Below are positions 22,901 through 35,745 of a stretch of DNA of 59,481 nt, piece after piece. Source of the DNA: Chiloscyllium plagiosum (lineage: Eukaryota); the NCBI RefSeq assembly GCF_004010195.1, contig NC_057718.1, positions 25,882,402 through 25,941,882 on the forward strand. The letters run 5' to 3'. A program made the position numbers and the translations under genes. The notes under the pieces were generated by a model. It was not told the origin of the DNA and ran no database searches. It was given only the letters and a program-made list of their open reading frames with translations. Position 1 is the stretch's first letter; each line of letters starts with the position of its first letter.

Positions 22901-25900
22901 TAGAAATACTGCATGTCAGCAGCAGGAAACAAATTAGGCTTATTAAGGAGTGACTTAAGAACTATTATTTCTGAGGCCACAGGATGGCTTAGGAATTCTC
23001 CCAAACTCCCAATGCCTCCTGAAAACCCAGCAATTCCTGTTGGATTTACCTTTGGACTAATGGGGCAGTTTCTTATTGATAGACACTCCACACCTGATTG
23101 AGGGACTGGGTATCATATAGAGTGGGAGGGAGAGAGGAAGATCACACCTTGTTTTTTCCTCTGACTCCCCCACACCCACACATCACCAGTGATCTCCCCA
23201 CCCCCAATCTGACCCCCACTCAGCTCTACCGTGATATCAAGACTTATTCCAGGTGGCATTGTGGAGAGTTGCAAGCCTCAGATTATCCAATAGCTCTGGG
23301 GATGCAGGGTGTCATGATTTCCATCCCTCAAGTGCCTTAACCATATGGGAAGCCCAACACTGGCCCAGTTAAGCGCCTGACAATCATTAAATTGCATTGT
23401 GCCTTCCCATCGGAGTTCCTGCTGACTTTCCAAGATCACCACGTTGCTGGAACAAAATCCAGCTCATTATCGTATTCAAACAGAAAACTGAGGAAACATT
23501 TGTCAGGTCAGACAGCTTCTGAACAAAGAGAAGCAGAGTTAATAAAGTTATAGGTTATTGACTTTTTCATGAGTTGTGATGAAAGGTCATTGATATGAAA
23601 CATTAACTTCATCGATCAGTTCAAATACTTGCAGGTCTTTGGAGTTTGCATTATTTTCTGTTCACATTTCCAATTTACGGCATTCACTATTGTGTTTATA
23701 TCATTCTCACAAGTTTACTTCTCTCGGACAGCATCTGGGAGGAAGTAGCCCTGTTCATTATTTTTCCCACACGTGTAAAGCACCACAGTTTTTAGCCAGC
23801 TGAGAACAGCCCAAGGAGGAAGCGAATTTCACAACCTTCAGGTCTATTTGGAGCACACTCAGAGTGTATTTATCTCCTAATTCACCACACGGAAGTTAAG
23901 GATTATGTTCGTCAAAAATAATTCCTGTATCTGCCATAAATATCTTGCTCACTCTGAAACTCAGTCATACGCTGAGAGCACAACTCGTTCCTTATTTGTA
24001 ACATCAACTGATTACTTACAAAATCATCTCGAAAACAAATGAGTACTCTGATTAAGGCACCTGGTGCAGCTACTCTTCACTTAACGATGATTATACAATC
24101 AGATCAAAATTACTTGTGGTGCTGCAGTGAATGTTTAATGTTGACAAGGAATGCATTGAATCCAAATGATAGGCAGTCATTCAGCAGCTAATCCCAGTTG
24201 GCACTGTATTAAAGATCCTGTGATCAGTAATAAAAATCGCGATAGATTGCAGCCCTTTGTTGTGGCTGAGTGTTGACAAATAGTCTTAAGTGTGGAGTCT
24301 AGTGATGAGTAAACTAGAGATAAACAAATAATCATTTCTCCGGAGTACTCTGTTTTCTTTAATCAGTTTAGACCTCCGCTGATTGCCATTCTGATGAAAA
24401 TGTCCATTCCTGCCAAAGACAACAGTGCTATCCTGCCAGGTGACTAGTTTGCAAAGAGTTAGTGGTGTATAGGAAGGTGACATGCTTCACTTAGCGTTTT
24501 GGAAAAATACGTTTTAGGAAAATGAAAATGCCCTCTGGGTCTGTGTGGTTTTTGGGGTCTCCTTATATGTTCAGGAATGGAGTCGCTAGTTTAGGGAGTA
24601 TAACATCTGTCTTCTCTACTCAACAATCATGTGCCATTTAAGGAGTGGATAGACCAATCAACCCTTACTACAAAGTGCAAACAGTGGAAAGCTGGGTCAG
24701 TGCTGATTTCCTGGGAATTAAGCTGATCTTCCATTGGAGCCATAGGGAGACCCCACTTGAAAATTGACTCCAAACATAGAGATTTAACAGAATGTTGACT
24801 TGTTTCAACTGTAAGAATTGGTGCAATCCATTTCAAGAATCATAGCTTTGAAAGACTCAGCTACAAAGAGAGCAATCATTTAACTCTCTGACAGTGACAG
24901 TGCAGGAGAATATCACACTTCCTAACTCAGGACCAATGATTGACAACAGTCTGTTTTTCTTCTGAAGATCACAGAACTGTTTACAGACATTCATTTTGGT
25001 TCTTTCATTACGTAATTGTGGTTAAGCATGCAGCAACACCTGAAACTTCCCTCCATCTTTCTGCTTATGCTTTGGGGTGAGGAGGGATTTTAGTTGTTCC
25101 CAGATGTAACATTGTCCATAACCTACTTCTCTATCTCCTCAACCTTCTGTGGTGACAACATGGCACATTAACTGACTGAGGAGACAAATGCTCAGGGTCG
25201 GTAGAAGATCAACATGCACAATTCAGATTCCTCATTTAAGCTGTGGCTTGTATTGGGATAGAGTGTTACAAATGCCATTTGTTGTGCACTTGCTCATCAG
25301 ATAGTCATTTGTCCAATGGAAGCTTAAACAGAGAATGGCATTAGACCAAGGGGAGAAATTGCAGGGGAACCAAAACGTACCTTCACCTAATGTGTCAACT
25401 TCACTGCGGAGGAGACCAATTCCGAGGAAGGGTCATTGGATCCGAAATGTTAACTCTGATTTCTCTTCACAGATGCTGCCAAACCTGCTGAGCTTTTCCA
25501 GCAACTTCTGGATTTTTTTTGTGTTTGAGACCAGAAGTAAACACTGCCTGATCCTTATCCTGCCCAACTCCAAAATGCTGAAGACAGCTGCTATTCCCCC
25601 GACTCAGTCCAAGTGAACTTTGTCAAACAGTAATTTGTAAGCTGTAATCTTCCCGAAAAGCTCAGTACTATAACACATGGTAAATTCACTCTCTGAGCCT
25701 CTGGAGAGCAAGTCCGACAATTGAAATGCATCAATGGTTTGCAGCTACGGCAGCCATTAAAGTGTTTTGTGATAATGCTGTGCTGTGAAAATCGACTCTT
25801 ATCGAATGGTTTGAAAGCTCCTCTAAACTGTGCTCCTTGATCCTCTGATTGTGACCCCCTTATGTAAGCCCTCATGTCTGCTCCGCTGCTAAGCATAGAC

Positions 25901-28455
25901 CTGTTTGACCCCCTTGCAAAGACACCCCAAACCCTTCTGCCTTGCTGTTTCTGCTCCTGCTGGAAAATAAAACCCACAAGACTTTCAGTTTCTCCTTTCA
26001 TTTCTTGTAATAGTCACCTACCATCTATGATGTACCTGGGAATGCTTTACAAAGTAATAGCATGGTGTAACTGCAAATTAGTGAACATGAATGGGGAAGG
26101 ATAAGAGGAAGATTGTAACTTTTACAAAATTGAACAGGGTGTGCATTTGTTGTGTGTCATGATTACAAGGTTTGTCATGCCATTCTGTGAATTACTTCAT
26201 AAATTTTCGTCCTCCCTGATCTTTGACTAACATCATGTATGAAGATTTACAAGCTGAGATCTCTCAGATCCTTACCAAACAGACTTGGGCTGTAAAAAGA
26301 CAAACAGAATGAAACTAATTCCATAGAACCTGATAATGCTGGAGTGACAGCACGTTGTGGAACTAATCTTATTTGCATTTCAATGTTTTTTAACGAAATT
26401 CAGAATCCAATATATGTCTCCTTCGAACAAATAAAACATAATGGATGTCCTTAATACTTTGTCCCAGCTTCTTCCTTTCAATATCAGTTAGTAGAAAATG
26501 GTTTTAGCAGACGGTAATCACACTGAAAGATTTATATTAATTTCAGCTGGTCATTTTGTTATTAACCAATAAGTGATAAAAAATGTCCAAGGTCAAACTT
26601 GATCATTTCTGTTTCACACATTTTCACATGTGCTGCTGAGATCAGTTCCTTTCAATGCTTGTAATCCTTCAGTGAAAATTATTGTTCATAACAATTTAAT
26701 TGTAAACTATCGGCATAATTAATTGCTTTGCTTCTGCTTATGTGCCTGCAGGGCATGGGGAAGAGTCTGATTCAGATTTTATTTCTTCTCAGGAGCAACA
26801 AATCAAGAAATACTAAGCCTACATAGCTGGTATTAAGTATTTCATTGAAGAAGGTATGAAAGACAAGTTGTGAAATATATAGAAGAAACACACGACTCAC
26901 ACACTGAGATAATATGCAGAAACGAGACAGAGTTATAGACAGCACAATGTATAGTGTGTGAGCTAATGGAAGAAGAAAAATAGAAGGTATATAAGAGGAA
27001 ATGGTCTCACAAAGAAATAGAGAGGAGAAAATTATGAAAGCAGCAATAGTACTCACAATGCTTCTCTCCTGCACTGCTCTTCACTCATCTCAAATCACTT
27101 GTTCTCAACTTCTCCTCAAACTCTCGACATTGCTTCCACTCACCACTATCTCCCAGCTCCCAGTTTCTACCTACCTCAGCCAAATCTGAGCTTTTGCACC
27201 ATGACAGCCACATTCTCAACAGGTCACTAGTTGATCACTCTGTTTTTGGGCTATGAGGTTGCAAGCAACATGAAGCAATAGGCAGTGATTGGGAAATGAG
27301 ATCTGAAGTGCCCTCAATAGATTCTCAGCAGCGTCCCTCTCCCCAAGTTGTACCCACTAGGAATGCTCCATATAGGAGCACTAGAACAGGTAAAGTATAT
27401 AAATGATGGAAACTGAAAGTTTAGAAGATAATCTGATGTATTCTGATTGACTATTATATGCATATGGCATTAAATGACGTGTTTATTCTTGATCTAGCAT
27501 TGGTTTTAATATTTGTAGTTGAATAAGGCATGGTACTCTTGGTTACTGTTTTCTCTATCTATGGGAAAATTAACCAGGCTGTTCCTTCTGAAATAGAGAG
27601 CTTCTACAAGGTGCACAGCAGATAGTTAATGTGATCTGCTGCATCCTAAAACAAGCCCTGTGATAAACACAAATATTGAACTTGATAGCAGCAGACCGTG
27701 TACTCTATGGCAGCACGTGACATAACTCAGTGAAAGCTTCTTTGGCAACTTTGAGATGTAAGAAGTGTTCCCTGAAGACCCATTGTTGATGTGGCCTTGT
27801 ACAGAAAACCCACCTCCTCCCTTTGCCACAAGCAGCTCTGTCTTTTCCATCCTATTCACTGCTTCCTTTACCCCCCACCCAGAAAGGAACACTGTTAGAT
27901 CGCCCATATCTGCACTGAAGGAGTTTTCAAAGTAAACAAGGACAATTCAACACAAAGTTCTTCCCATGAGTTGGAATTAATCTGTGTAATGAAGGAAATA
28001 GCCTCAAAGTGGCCCAAGAAAGTGATCAGGTTAACCAGCAGCTTAAGCTGGTTCACTGTTAAATAAAGAGGACAATGTTGAGGTACTGGGTGATATTTAA
28101 TATCAGTGACAGGAGTCTCACTTGCTGACTGGGGAAGACAGTGAGACCCCTTGTAGCCTCCTTTCACGAAGGCCTATTGAAGCAGCTATCAACCAGGTAC
28201 TTAAATGGGCAACAGCAGGTCTTGAATCAAAAATCTCTGACTCACCACCTCATCCTGCACCCTAACATACACACACGCACGCACGCACAGTAATCTGCCA
28301 GTTTTGCTTTTGTGGCTTCTTATGTGTGAGGCCCCTCCCGCCACCTGCTGGTTGAATACCAACACTAGCAGGTATAGCCCTTAGGTGAACAGAGCTGAAA
28401 ATGTGTTGCTGGAAAAGTGCAGCAGGTCAGGCAGCATCCAAGGAACAGGAGAATC

Positions 28456-28483
28456 GACGTTTCGGGCATAAGCCCTTCTTCAG
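28456..28483 (-). ncRNA. Minimal hammerhead ribozyme motif (PLE type)
   Basis: Minus strand CTGAAGA-A-GGGC-TTAT-GCCC-GAAA-CG-TC: CUGANGA box, 4-bp stem II, GAAA box, palindromic ACGU stem III and a UC cleavage site. Confidence 0.7.
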
Positions 28484-28654
28484 GAATGAGGAAAGTGTGT
28501 CCAGCAGGCTAAGATAAAAGGTAGGGAAGAGGGACTTGGGGGAGGGGCTTTGGAAATGCGATAGGTGGAGGGAGGTCAAGGTGAGGGTGATAGGCCGGAG
28601 TTGGGTGGGGCGGAGAGGTCAGGAAGAAGATTGCAGGTTAACCTTTCCTCATTC

Positions 28655-28682
28655 CTGAAGAAGGGCTTATGCCCGAAACGTC
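28655..28682 (+). ncRNA. Minimal hammerhead ribozyme motif (PLE type)
   Basis: CTGAAGA-A-GGGC-TTAT-GCCC-GAAA-CG-TC, identical to the minus-strand copy. Confidence 0.7.
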
Positions 28683-30203
28683 GATTCTCCTGTTCCTTGG
28701 ATGCTGCCTGACCTGCTGCGCTTTTCCAGCAACACATTTTCAGCTCTGATATCCAGCATCTGCAGTCCTCACTTTCTCCCCTTAGGTGAACACACAATGT
28801 CCAACTAAGGGCATCCCAATTGTCAGCAACAGACCAACAGCTTTGTGTTGGCACCATAGTGAGCTAGAAGAGTTAAACATGTGTCAGGTGGGACATTCAG
28901 GTTTTACTAAAGTTCTATGTTGAAAGGTAATGGAGAATAATACTTTGGGCTTGCACTTGCAATTTTTTAAAATAAATATTAACTTATTTCAGTATCTACC
29001 TTAGTCCTTCTCACTTTATCAAAAGTCAGCTAAAATGCATTTCCCCTATTTCAATTTTTTTCACCTCTGTGCAACAGGCTGGAAAATATTATGTCATTGC
29101 TTTGAGACAGCACTACAGAGTGCTTTACAAGGTGTCTCCTATCCTGACTACAAATTCAGCACTATCAAAGTGGAAAATTAAATTTGGAATTCTGGCAGTT
29201 TAATATTCCAACCAACTACTTTGGATGAAATGCATTTAGTGCAGTGTTTTTTTTTTCACTTGTTGAAGGTTTTCATGCTTTTAAAGTATTCTTTGCCTGA
29301 GGAAGCATGTAAGCTGCCCATTCCAAGAATCTCCTGGGTCATCCACCACATGAGGAAGTTTCATGTAGTTAAGATGTGGTATGTAACCAAGTGGAAAATT
29401 ACTGTTGCAACCCTATGTCCTAGTACTTCTTGCCTCTGCTTCTCCTTAACTGGAGACAGCTATTAAACTGCTGAAACATTGGAACACAGAAATTGATCGA
29501 TGGAAAAAGACCAGGGTCCAGCTAGATTGTCTCCTACTACCAGGATGCCTGTGTGATCTGACAATAATGGAATTATTGATTAATCTTTGAATCCCAGACA
29601 TCTGTTGATGAAAGCCTACAGTAGTGGAGAACTTTGGGAATCAGTGTTCCAAAGTTATCTGTTCCGTTCAGTGCACTGCATTTACTTTCTGAAGAAATGC
29701 TATTGAATCTACATTCCATTAATTCCCCAATGTCCTCTTCCACTACCTTGCACAGGATCATCATCCACACAATACGATCATCACAATGTTATGGATGTTT
29801 GTTTGGTTGTGCCATTATTCATATTGCAGTTAATAAGGGGTAAAAAATGTATTTTTTACCACTCATTTCTGCTCGGTGCCCAAATTGGTCTAAAACTCTA
29901 ATTATTCATTCACTATTCTATTTTCTCCTTTACATCCTCCTTCCTGAGATCCTGATAGTTTTTTCCCTCAATTTTGAGCTGCTTCCAGTTATAACCTGAA
30001 TGTTATTCTGCTCCTTCAATGTCAGTACTGACCACCTTTCCCAATGGACCTGATGTCCTTCTGATGGTGCAGCCCATTGGATTCCTGTGAATAAACAACT
30101 TGCTGCTGATCGTTCTTTCAGTTACTGACTCCACCCAAACGTTGAAACCCTTTACCTTCAACTTAAAAGCTGTATATCTGCCTCATGTCTGCTCTTTATA
30201 CTT

Positions 30204-30790
30204 GATGTAGAGGAGCCAGTGTTGGACTGGGGTGGTCAAAGTTAAAAATCACACAACACCAGCTTATAGTCCAACAGGTTTATTTGGAAGTAATAATTTT
30301 CAGAGCGCTGTTCCTTTGTCAGGTAACTAGAGGGGCAGGATCATAGGACATAGAACTAACAGTAAAAGACCAAAGTATCACACAACTGATGCGATGTATT
30401 GAACAAACCTAGATTGCTGTTACATCTTTCATCACTTAGAATGGGGATGTAGGTTTCGAGTGACTAATATGTAAATCCCAGAACTTCTTTCAAGTTACAG
30501 TCCTGAGACAATTTAAGGTTTTATGAGTATAAATTAAAAGTGACATCTCAGCTTAAATAATGCATTAAAGGTGTAAAGTTAGAGTCTGTATCCCAAATTT
30601 GAGTCAGACTGGTTTTATTTCCAAAGTAGGCATTCATAAAATGTCACATGGACTGACTGCCTACAGATTGTGTGCTTTTTGAACAAAATGGAATGTACCT
30701 GCAAAACAAATCTGCAAATGCACATTCACCTTATATTTGTCAATGTGTGTGTGTGAGAGAGAGAGACAGAGAGACAGAGTGAGAGGGTGT
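30204..30790 (-). mobile_element. Penelope-like 3' UTR and terminus (inverted part), ending in a (GT)/(GA) microsatellite
   Basis: GTTAAAAATCACACAACACCAG..TCCAACAGGTTTATTTGGAAG terminus followed by a long UTR. Confidence 0.7.
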
Positions 30791-31080
30791 GTGAGCAGTG
30801 GTCAAGGACATTCAGCCTCAGATCTTTGGGTGACTAGTTTTCAAGGCAGAATTAGGAATATGCAACAGCGCAGAGTGGCCGAGCAGAGGCTGATATCCAA
30901 GTTCAGTACCCATAAGGACAGCCTTGGATTCATGTGACACTACAGGTGACCCCACTACACTATACACTCTCACATACACGCTCAAACACAAGCACACATA
31001 CGTGGATATGCACACACACACACATTTACACATAATCACACACACACATTTACACATAATCACACACACACACACACACA
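30791..31080 (+). mobile_element. Penelope-like GIY-YIG C-terminus followed by a (CA)n-rich UTR
   Basis: SGQGHSASDLWV...QQRRVAEQRLISKF.TH...LGFM, then a CA-rich tract at 30970-31080. Confidence 0.75.
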
Positions 31081-31911
31081 GATGAGCAACTCAGGTATCC
31101 ATGCTCACCTTTGACAACTGACATTACTAAAAATTTGCTAACATTGAAAGTCATTTCTCTAACTGTGTTTTCTGTTCATGCTACTGTACCGTAACATGTT
31201 CCAAATGAGTTCAGGGTGAGCTTGCTGTGTCTGAGAGAGATTAACCTTGTCACACTCAGTGCTGTGCTACATAGGAAAATCTTAGTTGTTACTCTGGTGA
31301 GCACATCTTTCAAACTTTATCTCCAGCAGTGCTGGGAGATGTCAGATACATGAGTAACAATGTATAGTTTGTTCTTTATCAGTAGGATGTGGGACAGATG
31401 GGATGGATTTCTTTTCAGTTATTAATTCCCACGTAAAATTGAGCAGTTGAACTTGTTTGGTTTAGTTAAAGCTGCATAAATGACTTAAAATAATACTTTA
31501 AAAGGAAAAGAAATGTCTCAGTTGTTTTTACATTTATGCTATGCTTAATCTGTAGCATTGTCTGCCTGTATGATCCTAAACCAAGCTTTAATTGATGTGA
31601 CGCATTGGAATACACATACAGATACCAAAAATGCACCAGCACCTGAACACCAAACACTGCATAATGTTACAGAGACCACAAGAGAGTTAGATGCATGGTA
31701 CACATGAGAAAGTAACCATGAATGAAGCTGAGATGAGCATGTTGGACAAACATTTGACAGAGGCTGTGTCGAACCTGGCAGAAAATTGTAGCGGGCAGGT
31801 CTGCGATTTTCTGATATTTCCACATTGTGGAGACTTCATACTGTAGAAGTGTGTTTGTGAAGTTTACACCAAAACACCTTGCAGGAGAACTGGATTGGTT
31901 ATTAGGTGAGT

Positions 31912-32114
31912 GAGAGTCGATAAAGTGTGGCAATTGAATAAGCACAGCAGGTTAGGCAGCATCTGAGGAGCAGGAGAAATGGACGTTTTGGACAGGACCC
32001 TTCATCAGGACCTTTTCTGCCTGAAACATCGACTCTCCTGCTCCTGGGATGCTTTTTCCAGCACCACACTTTATCACTCTGACTCTCCAGCATCTGCAGT
32101 CCTCACTATCTCCT
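31912..32114. mobile_element. Palindromic Penelope-derived element, diverged
   Basis: Same family as 22677 and 28392; inverted arms around CCTTCATCAGG. Confidence 0.8.
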
Positions 32115-32782
32115 AATGCATTAGTGAATTCAAAAATGGGCAAAGCAGGGATATTTGACATTTTTCGAACAGCAGTGGGAGGCTTTTATAGCATCCTTAT
32201 CTCTGGGCCAGAAGCTCTGGACCAGAAGCTCTGGACTGGAGTGCCATTTTAGGACTTGTTCTCCATTGTAAGGTGTAACATGGCCAATCTATAATCGCCT
32301 TATAATAAACCTGGCATTAAGAATGGAAGTGTACTGGTCAGCCATGCTGCAGAAGGCAATGACTAACCACTGCAGCATATTGTCCATAAATGTGCACAAA
32401 TACAATGCATTGGCCAAACCTCACAAACCGTGAGAGGAGAAAAGACAGATAGAAAACAGTGTGAGAGAAAATATTTGCGATTATTAAAGCAAGTAACAGC
32501 AAAAGGTGTAGAATGAATGAGGTAACTGGGTGAGAAAACAAGCATGCTGCTACAAATAATCAGAACTGGTTGGTTAAATACAGAAGTTTTAACCAAAAAT
32601 ACATCATCTGAGTTACAGATGGTGCGAGCTGATACCACACCATCAACTGACAGTTCTACAGAAGCTCACAGATATCTAAGTCAGCAGGCTGTGGCTTTAT
32701 GCCCTGCTTCACATCTTGAGTGGATATTCATGCTGGCACTTCAGTGCAGCAGAGAAGAATACTGGACTGATTTAGGAGTTTG

Positions 32783-32972
32783 AGGTCTGTTAGCTCAGTT
32801 GGCTGGATGACTGGTTTGTGATGCAGAGTGATGCCAACAGCACAGACTCAATTCCCTGACATGCTGAGGTTATCATCAAAGTCCACCTTCTCAACCTTGC
32901 CCCTTGACTGATGCATGAATAATTGCTATAATGATAGAGCAACCCTGTGATTGTCTGGGACTATGGCGACAG
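32783..32972 (+). mobile_element. tRNA-derived SINE relic (not HE1)
   Basis: A-box TTAGCTCAGTTGG, B-box-like TCAATTCCC, and 3' CTGGGACTATGGCGAC. Confidence 0.55.
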
Positions 32973-33084
32973 TACCGTCTGACCTAGGTTGAGAAACTAC
33001 GTCCGATCGTATTGGAAATATTGTTCCCAACCCTGACTAAAAAAAAACTAGGCCACACTCATTTTAACTTTGAGCTACGGAGTA

Positions 33085-33410
33085 TATGGTGACATAGAGG
33101 TAAAGTAATTGGACCATTAATTCAGGGCCAGACATCAGCTTGAAACCTATCAAGGCAAATGGTCAAATTTGACTTCAATTTAAAAAGGTTCTGGAATAAA
33201 AAGTTAGTCTATTGGAGACCATTTAATCATTATTGATTGCCATTAAAAATTAAATATCTAATTCCTAATGTCCTTTCAGGATGGAAATCTGCTTTGTTAC
33301 CTGGTGTGGCCTACATGTGACTCTAGACCCACATAATTGATTCCTGACTAACGTCTGGGCAATTAGAGATGTACAACAAATGTTCACATCCCATGAATGA
33401 ATAACAAAAT
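33085..33410 (+). mobile_element. SINE relic with CR1-clade tail
   Basis: Ends GGGCAATTAG..CAACAAATG..CACATCCCATGAATGAATAA, the same tail as the LINE at 40345-40980. Confidence 0.55.
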
Positions 33411-34329
33411 AAAAGCCTCTTTTGTGTCCTTCTTGAAGAGATTGCTGATTAGTCGTATCTCATGAGTTATGTTGCGTGTTTGTGATAACGTAACTGGGTT
33501 TGGACTGTCTAACTGGGTTTAACACTGCAGCCTTACTTACATTCATCAGACAGTGGACTCATTGAACCCATCAATATAGACTGGATTCAAACTTGGATCA
33601 CAAATCAAGCCTCACAGCAAAATAGAGAATCATAGTTATAAGCTCAAGCCCCAGACCTTGTTTTATTAGATCATGGTTTATTTGTACCTCAAATTTATTT
33701 ACTCACTCCTTATCCATATACCTTGATTCCCTGACTGAACAGAAATCAATCAATCTTAGACTTAAAGCTTTCAATGAGCTTGATATGCACATCCTTTTAC
33801 AAAGAACATTCCAGATTTCTTCTACCTTTTGTGTGAAATAGTAGCCAGAATCTTCTGGAAAAACATTTATCAGTGTCAGAACCAATTCTGGGTCCTGACC
33901 ATGCTTGTGTCAGCTACCTATCGAATTGCTGAAGATCATAATTTAAAAGATTTTTTGAGGCCTAATCAGAGACAATAGAATGTACATATTTGAGAGGTCT
34001 AAGGCCAAGTGAGTGTTACTCAGACAGAAGAGAATGAGAGGGCGACCTCAGATTGTTGCACTTACAATAAGGTCCAAATGACCTGTGGGAATTGAAGGCT
34101 GTGAACTGTCAGTGGATGTAACATTTGCAGCTTTTCTAATCCTTTATACTAGCACATGAAACAGATTATAATATAGCTAAACGTGAGGGAGGTTGGGGGT
34201 GGGCGCAGGTGTCTGTAATACTTGAATATTTGCTTCCTGCTCTGAACATTAGTGCTATACCTTAAAGGCCTCCTCACATGTTCTGGGAATCCCATTCAGC
34301 AATGTCAGTGAGTTGCTGCAATGATGTTT

Positions 34330-35160
34330 TCCAAAACTTTTCCACTCACCCTTCTCCAGAGGAATTCCAGACAACATTTCTTGATTCGACGTTTCGCTGA
34401 CCTGGTTCCAATTTTAAGACAGTGTTCCATACTTCTAAATTCTCCTGCCAGAGGAAGTATTTCTCTGAATCTACCCTGTGAATTCCTCTATCATTTTAAA
34501 GACCTTGATTAGATTGTGCCTCCACATCCAAAGCGATACAAACCATGTTTATTCACTCTGTCCTTAGAATTTAATCTGGTGAATTCAGGCTAAATCCCAT
34601 ATATCTTTCATGAGGTGTGGTACCAAAACTGAACACAGTACTCCAGTATGTTCTGACCAAGATTTATTACAACTGAAGCATATACTTCTTTCATTCCAAC
34701 ATCATTGATGGAAAAGTGAACATTCTAACAGTTAGTTTCTGTTGAGAGTGTGCTGCTGGAAAAGCACCGCAGGCCAGGCAGCATCTGAGGAGCAGGTGAA
34801 TCGATGTTTCAGGTAAAAGCCCTTCATCAGACTTTTGCCCAAAACGTTGATTCTCCTGCTCTTCAGATTCTGCCTGACCTGCTGTGCTTTTCAAGCAACA
34901 CACTCTCAAATCTATCTCCAGCACCTGCAGTGCCCACTGTCTCCTAGATAATTTTTGTCCTTGTTTACAAAACTTAAGTGATTTCTGAACAGCACACTCA
35001 AAGCTCTTTGCTCCTTCACAATTTCCAGTTTCTCACTCATAAGAAAACATACTTTAAGAAATATGTTTTCCTTCGTCTAACTAATGACTGGCCCAGTACA
35101 GAACCCTGGGGAACTCCATTTGACCCCTCCTGGCTTTCAGAATATATACCCTCAATACCA
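34330..35160 (-). mobile_element. Old CR1 relic interrupted by a palindromic element
   Basis: CAAAACTGAACACAGTACTCCAG (LEYCVQFW antisense) and CCCAGTACAGAACCCTGGGGAACTCC (GVPQGSVLG antisense). Confidence 0.65.
34741..34946. mobile_element. Palindromic Penelope-derived element
   Basis: Same family as 22677; inverted arms. Confidence 0.8.
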
Positions 35161-35546
35161 ATTCTCTCTGTCAACTCATCCTAAAAAAAATCACGTTGCA
35201 AGGTTTTTTTCTAATTCTGTATGCTCAAAGTTTGTGCGAAGATTTGTAGCTCGGGTGCTCGTTGTTGTGGTTCTGTTCGCCGAGCTGGAATGCTTTTAAT
35301 GTTAAGTGATCTCTTGTGCAAGTCCGTATAAGCAGTCTTCTTATCTGCTGTGCTGTTGACCTCCTCAAAACTTGGACTTCTTTTGTCAGATGTTCCCTTT
35401 CCTTCATACATCCCTGCTGACTGTTGGCTTATACTTTTTAAACCTGTATGAATCGGATAAAAGCAAATTACTGCGGATGCTGGAATCGGACTTGAGTTTA
35501 GCTTTTCTCTATTTTTGGTATTTTGCCATATTTGTTTTAACATTGA

Positions 35547-35745
35547 TTTGGAGATGCCAGTGTTGGACTGGGGTGTGCAAAGTTAAAAATCACACAACAC
35601 CAGTTTATAATCCAACAGGTTTAATTGGAAGCACTAGCTTTCGGAGCGCCGCTCCTTCATCCAGTGGTTGTGGAGCGGTGCTCCGAAAGCTAGTGCTTCC
35701 AATTAAACCTGTTGGATTATAAACTGGTGTTGTGTGATTTTTAAC
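35547..35745. mobile_element. Palindromic Penelope-derived element (second family) with about 16-bp TSD
   Basis: Inverted arms about 35578-35655 and 35672-35749; TSD TTTGTTTTAAC(A/T)TTGA at 35531-35546 and 35746-35761; GGAGC-GGT-GCTCC-GAAAGCTAGTG. Confidence 0.88.

Larger units (their letters stand above)
28392..28778. mobile_element. Young palindromic Penelope-derived element with 14-bp TSD
   Basis: TSD CCCTTAGGTGAACA at 28378-28391 and 28779-28792; 106-bp inverted arms (28390-28495 and 28643-28748) with one mismatch. Confidence 0.92.

Noticed and set aside
32208..32236. Small tandem duplications (CCAGAAGCTCTGGA x2; also near 22397, 31016 and 40716)
   Set aside because: Ordinary slippage-type micro-duplications.
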